The translations under genes were made by a program, and so were the position numbers. A DNA stretch of 64,000 bases from contig JAQYTJ010000024.1 in NCBI GenBank assembly GCA_028724885.1, positions 2,748-66,747 on the forward strand. The letters run 5' to 3'. Below the pieces are notes generated by a model that searched no databases, was not told where the DNA came from, and worked only from the letters and a program-made list of their open reading frames with translations. Positions 59,845 to 64,000 of the stretch are shown here, one piece after another; positions within the stretch are counted from its first letter, which is position 1, and each line of letters opens with the position of its first letter. This DNA is from Bacteroidales bacterium. GTDB taxonomy: Bacteria > Bacteroidota > Bacteroidia > Bacteroidales > UBA932.

Positions 59845-60758
59845 CAATCGGTTATGGGAACCACGTCAACGGCTTCCCAGGGTTTTACACTTACTGTCAG
59901 AGAACGGGGATTCTGGCGGAAGAACAGTGGAAGCACCGCTTCCTGCCGCCCCGTTATCCGTATCTGGTCGGGATACAGAGCGATATATTCCGCGACATCT
60001 ACCGTGCAGAGAACCTTATCTCCCTGCATAAGACGGATCGTCAGCGGGTCCCCGTCCTTGAAGCGCAGGGTATTGAAATCAAGCACGAAACGGTCGTTTT
60101 TCCCTCCCGTGTAAAACGGAAGGTCGAAGGATGTTTCTCCCGAACGCTGCCCGGAAAAGGAGAAACGGGCTGAGAGCGTTTCCATCGTCAGGCGGAAGCC
60201 CGTCCCCTTGTTCTGTTCGTACCAGGTCCCGGCGTTCTCATCGTCGTCGGGAAGGACTACCGCATGGATTTTCACGTGCTGGGAATAAAGTCTTACCACG
60301 TCACGGGAGTCGTTCATGACCTTCGACGTGATGGTGGTTTCCCCAAGGTATAGCCTGTCAAACGTGCCGGCCGCCGGTCCGTCCTTTTCCGCCAGTTCGG
60401 GCCGGGAAACCGACGCTTCACCGTAAGCACCATCCCCGATAACCGTCTCGTTCAACGCGTTGCCCACAGCCACTACTTTATAATCACCTTCCGGGAGCCT
60501 GACCTCCAGCGGTGAAAGCAGCTGTTCTCCCTCCAGGTGGTGTTTATCCACCAAGGCCCCGTTCCCGACGTCAAAGATGAAGACGTCAATGTCATCCACG
60601 TATTCCTGCAGATGTTCCCGGTTGTCATCGGCCAGGTAGGAGAAGACAATCGTGTTGCCAAGGCAGCCGCTCAGGTCGTCATACACCCGGTCACATGCGG
60701 TCACGAGGTATAAAGCGGCCAACAGGCCCAGCCAGGTCGGTATGTTTCTTATGTTCAT
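59844..60758 (-). CDS. FimB/Mfa2-family pilus anchor lipoprotein
   Basis: VTAC-DRVYDDLSGC, VDDIDVFIFD..G, C-terminal VKPWEAVDV; no Arg maturation site. Confidence 0.85.
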   Translation of the reverse strand: MNIRNIPTWLGLLAALYLVTACDRVYDDLSGCLGNTIVFSYLADDNREHLQEYVDDIDVFIFDVGNGALVDKHHLEGEQLLSPLEVRLPEGDYKVVAVGNALNETVIGDGAYGEASVSRPELAEKDGPAAGTFDRLYLGETTITSKVMNDSRDVVRLYSQHVKIHAVVLPDDDENAGTWYEQNKGTGFRLTMETLSARFSFSGQRSGETSFDLPFYTGGKNDRFVLDFNTLRFKDGDPLTIRLMQGDKVLCTVDVAEYIALYPDQIRITGRQEAVLPLFFRQNPRSLTVSVKPWEAVDVVPITD

Positions 60759-60833
60759 ACTTTACACTAATTATTATAAATCAATACTGTAATTTTCCCG
60801 AAAGAGAGGACACGTTTCCCTCCCGTGGGTAAT

Positions 60834-60864
60834 AAAAAAGGGAGGGGACAAACTTTCCCCTCCC
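60834..60864 (-). terminator. Internal terminator after the major pilin gene
   Basis: Minus strand GGGAGGGGA-AAGTTTG-TCCCCTCCC-TTTTTT. Confidence 0.85.
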
Positions 60865-60952
60865 CGAGAGTGCGGGGCGGATTCCGGTACCGGCCTGTCA
60901 GGGCCGATACGGGAAAAGCGCTCTGGCAAGTGGCTATTACTCTCTATCTGTA

Positions 60953-62386
60953 TCAGTCAAGGATGGGGAATACGTTCACAGCGGTCCAAGGCTGCACCTC
61001 GACACGGACGATGACGTTCACGTTCTCGTCCTCCAAATCCTCCTGTCCGCCCGGTTCAGGAGTCACACCTTCAGGAATGCTCGGGTCAACATCCACGAGG
61101 ATACCCTGGCCCCCGTTCAGCGCAGCGAGATCCAGATTGATCAGGTAACCGCCCTTGCCGGCTTCCAGATCCGTCGTGCCTGTAGTTTCACCTTCTGCCT
61201 TCGCGTAACCGGATATAACGACAAAACGTCTGTCGGCGGATACGCCGTCGTCACCTGTCTTGAAAACGAAAGCAAGTTTTGGAGCGTTGTTTTCCTTACC
61301 GTAACCCGTAATGCCGTTCACGAAGAAGTTAAACGCTGCGGCCTTTGCCCCCTGTGCGAAATCGAAACCCGCTGCATTGAAATATGAGGCCACTTCCGAC
61401 AAGTCCGTGTTACCGTCGGGTTTGAACGTGCCGTCTTCGAATTTATAGCGGTCTCCGGCGTAAGTCTTGGCCCAGAACCAGTTTGCCTCTTCTTCCACTG
61501 TAAGTTGAGGAACAGAGAGCGTTCTGCTGAAACGGTTCATCAGGATACCTTGGTTTGCAGTGGTCACTTCGACAACCTGCAGCCATTGACTCAGGCTGGC
61601 CTGTTGGGCAATGTCGGACTTGCCGTCCCATATCTGGCCGTTGAAGCCTGCGGCATCAGCCTTGAAAGCGGCCCACGCTTCGGCACTGCTCTTTCCCTTA
61701 TTTTCATCCTTGGCCAGCCAAGTCGTGCACCATTGTTCAGCCTCGGTCTTTTTCCCGTCTTTCCAGATAACCTTGACAAACTTGGTACCGGTCACCTGGA
61801 AGCGGTTCATGCTGGCGGTCAATGTGAGCTCGGCCTTCTTCACGGTACGTTTGTCTTCCTGAGGATTGACGCCATAAGGCTCGGCGCCAACAGTGGTAAG
61901 TGTTTCAGAACCGGCATAAATCACTTCATTAATTTGGGCTTTCAGCTGTTGTTTGCTGATTTCAGCAACAGTCTTTCCCTCACCGTCAACCAACGCTCCC
62001 TGAGGGTTAGCGATAACAAGTGCCTTTGTCACGCCATTGTCCACGTCAAGGAATTTATAACCTCCCGTCGTTTCCCCTGCACCCACGGCAGTAGCCGAAG
62101 TCAGCTTGGTAAAATCATCAGTATCTTTTGTAAATTCCTTCGACAGGACAATGTCTTCCCCAGCCACCAAGTACACATGCAGTTTTTCAACCGATGCCGC
62201 ATCCTGGTGGTTGGCGGTGTTCTGCAATTCGCCCATGGCGGCACGTGTGCCCGGACCGGGTAATGCCACTGACATCACCACATCAACCGGTTGGTTGCCA
62301 CTCTCCGGCGCTACCGGATTCTCTTCGTTGTTACATGCAGCGAACAACGCCAACGAGGCCACTGCAAAATACTTCATTACTTTCAT
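60953..62386 (-). CDS. Type V pilus major subunit (Mfa1-like) lipoprotein
   Basis: Lipobox FAAC-NNEE, GTR|AA maturation site, Pro-rich PSIPEGVTPEPGG then donor strands VIVRVEVQPWTAVNVFPILD. Confidence 0.85.
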   Translation of the reverse strand: MKVMKYFAVASLALFAACNNEENPVAPESGNQPVDVVMSVALPGPGTRAAMGELQNTANHQDAASVEKLHVYLVAGEDIVLSKEFTKDTDDFTKLTSATAVGAGETTGGYKFLDVDNGVTKALVIANPQGALVDGEGKTVAEISKQQLKAQINEVIYAGSETLTTVGAEPYGVNPQEDKRTVKKAELTLTASMNRFQVTGTKFVKVIWKDGKKTEAEQWCTTWLAKDENKGKSSAEAWAAFKADAAGFNGQIWDGKSDIAQQASLSQWLQVVEVTTANQGILMNRFSRTLSVPQLTVEEEANWFWAKTYAGDRYKFEDGTFKPDGNTDLSEVASYFNAAGFDFAQGAKAAAFNFFVNGITGYGKENNAPKLAFVFKTGDDGVSADRRFVVISGYAKAEGETTGTTDLEAGKGGYLINLDLAALNGGQGILVDVDPSIPEGVTPEPGGQEDLEDENVNVIVRVEVQPWTAVNVFPILD

Positions 62387-62441
62387 AATTCGAATTGTTT
62401 TTAAATTAATATTACTAATACTATATATAACTATGTCTGAG

Positions 62442-63944
62442 TTATATCTCTATCTGCTGATTGTTTCCACCGTCCCCGGGCTCCCCTGAGAGTTTTTGTT
62501 TGCCCCGGGCCATACCGGCTTTCTTGATTAATTCTTCCGCCTTCCTCCAGTCACCTTTCATGTTATAGGCAACGGCCATGGGAAAGAAAGCACGGCTGTC
62601 ATTCGTTACCGGTTCCAACACCCGCAACGCGCCGTCCGCATCCTGCCCGTATTTCAACAGGGCGTTGGCGTAATTCAGAATTGCCACGGCGTCATCCGGA
62701 AACTGTCCGTAGGCCCTCTCGTACACCGGAAGGGGAGACGCCCCCCGGGAAGCGTAAAGTTCGGCCAGCTGGTACATCTCGTGCTGGCTGAGACATTCGG
62801 GTTTCGTTTCAAAAATTCCGGGAAGTTCCTCCACCGTGTAGGGTCTCACGTCAAAACTGAGGCTGAAAGTCGTGCGCCGCAGCCCCGGATAGAACTCTTC
62901 GAGGAGGAGGCGATAGCTCCTGCCGTCATCCAGGGCACGGATGGCCGCCTCGCGCTCCGTGTCACGTTCGTTATGTCCGATGATAAAAAGGATCTCGTCC
63001 CTGTTGACGAGGGTGGAGCCGCTGACCGCCGATTTGAGGCCTTCCCAGTCCTCCCCGATACCCTCGGTACGATAGATCGGCGCATTCTTCAAGGCGGGGT
63101 ATTGACGCGAAATATAATCTGAAAGGATTTGGGTGCGTCGTTGCGCGAGGGACCTGTTGTAATCGAAACTCCCCTCGGGAGAGGCATAGCCTTTTATATG
63201 TACCTCCGTGAGTGACGTTCCTTGAATATTCAGGTTCTCCGAGAGGAACTTCCTCAGCCTGTCAAGTTCCTGGGCGTTGCCTGCGAAATGTTCCTGCAGG
63301 TCATGGCGTGCAACAGGAAAGACCACCTTGCAGTCGAAGGAATCCTTGTAGCATTTGATCATGACCTTTTCCGGCTCAATGAAATTGTAGGCATAATCCT
63401 TCTCCCCAAAGAGGGGGATACCGGCTTGAAAGGCGATGTCCTCGCTCTCGTTCGTGCCGCACTCGGCACAGCCGTACGACACCTCCCTGACAACGAGCCG
63501 CCCGTCAGCCATCCACCGTTCAAAGGGGACGCTTCTTTTCACCGTCAGGCCCGAACTTTCCAGCACCTTGGCGGAACGGACCTCGCCGGATCCGGGGTTA
63601 CCGGGTTTCAGGTTGCCCAACGCCTTTCGACGCTTGATCACCTTATATCTTCTCTTGCCGGCCACGCAGACCGGTTCGAGGCGGACGCTGTCACGCCCGT
63701 CAGCCGAGACATAGACGGGGAACAGGTAAGCGACTTCCTGGCTTCCAAGCCCTGCCAGGGGGAAGACACTGAAAGTAATATCCAACGCATCTCTACCCGG
63801 TTCACGCTCCACACGGCTGTTTGAATAATCCCAACGCGAGGTACCTGACGTTGATAAAATGTCCTGGGCGGAAGAAAACAAGGGAAACATTCCCAGGCAG
63901 CCCATGATAAGGATTTGCTTCTTGTTAATATGGTAAGGTTTCAT
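62442..63944 (-). CDS. DUF3868/OmpA-like pilus-associated protein with C-terminal TPR-like helices
   Basis: Signal peptide ending in SSA; FPVARHDL, OmpA-like IKGYASPEG..YNRSLAQRR, GEDWEGL, YPGLRRT. Confidence 0.82.
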   Translation of the reverse strand: MKPYHINKKQILIMGCLGMFPLFSSAQDILSTSGTSRWDYSNSRVEREPGRDALDITFSVFPLAGLGSQEVAYLFPVYVSADGRDSVRLEPVCVAGKRRYKVIKRRKALGNLKPGNPGSGEVRSAKVLESSGLTVKRSVPFERWMADGRLVVREVSYGCAECGTNESEDIAFQAGIPLFGEKDYAYNFIEPEKVMIKCYKDSFDCKVVFPVARHDLQEHFAGNAQELDRLRKFLSENLNIQGTSLTEVHIKGYASPEGSFDYNRSLAQRRTQILSDYISRQYPALKNAPIYRTEGIGEDWEGLKSAVSGSTLVNRDEILFIIGHNERDTEREAAIRALDDGRSYRLLLEEFYPGLRRTTFSLSFDVRPYTVEELPGIFETKPECLSQHEMYQLAELYASRGASPLPVYERAYGQFPDDAVAILNYANALLKYGQDADGALRVLEPVTNDSRAFFPMAVAYNMKGDWRKAEELIKKAGMARGKQKLSGEPGDGGNNQQIEI

Positions 63945-64000
63945 TGATATACATTTTTAGCATGATAGAATAAAAAATCGTGTCCCCGGATTCAGGGAGT

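Overview
Bacteroidales chromosomal window. This is inferred from SusC/SusD genes, TAnnTTTG promoter boxes and Bacteroidota-type ribosomal proteins; it may be a gut or rumen lineage. In order: (1) 3' part of a SusC-SusD-DUF4623-like-GHL10 polysaccharide utilisation locus; (2) a PhoB/PhoR-like two-component pair facing a PiT phosphate transporter, both preceded by 11-bp-period Pho-box-like repeats; (3) housekeeping genes gpmA, nth, ftsE, a TPR + outer-membrane barrel pair, gyrB, a sulfonolipid-type cysteate acyltransferase + SDR, a 7TM-HD protein, tig-clpP-clpX-pyrF; (4) an IS5-family element that truncates a metallophosphoesterase, next to a cluster of CGTC-type palindromic repeats; (5) hppA-lacI and a ThiD-like pseudokinase/AraC fusion leading pdxS-pdxT; (6) the rplP...rplQ ribosomal cluster, split from the rest of the S10 operon and with its own promoter; (7) DUF4294, lpxH, uppP, DUF3098, ftsX, a half glycosyltransferase and DUF4270; (8) an internally deleted IS1634 bordering a type V (Mfa-like) pilus operon that runs to the window end. 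Most interesting: the vitamin-B6-linked pseudokinase-AraC fusion, the sulfonolipid gene pair, the Pho-box-linked sensor-less kinase/PiT module, the split S10 operon and the lectin-like pilus tip adhesin. No rRNA, tRNA, CRISPR array or reverse transcriptase was seen. All family assignments come from motifs read by eye, not from database searches.
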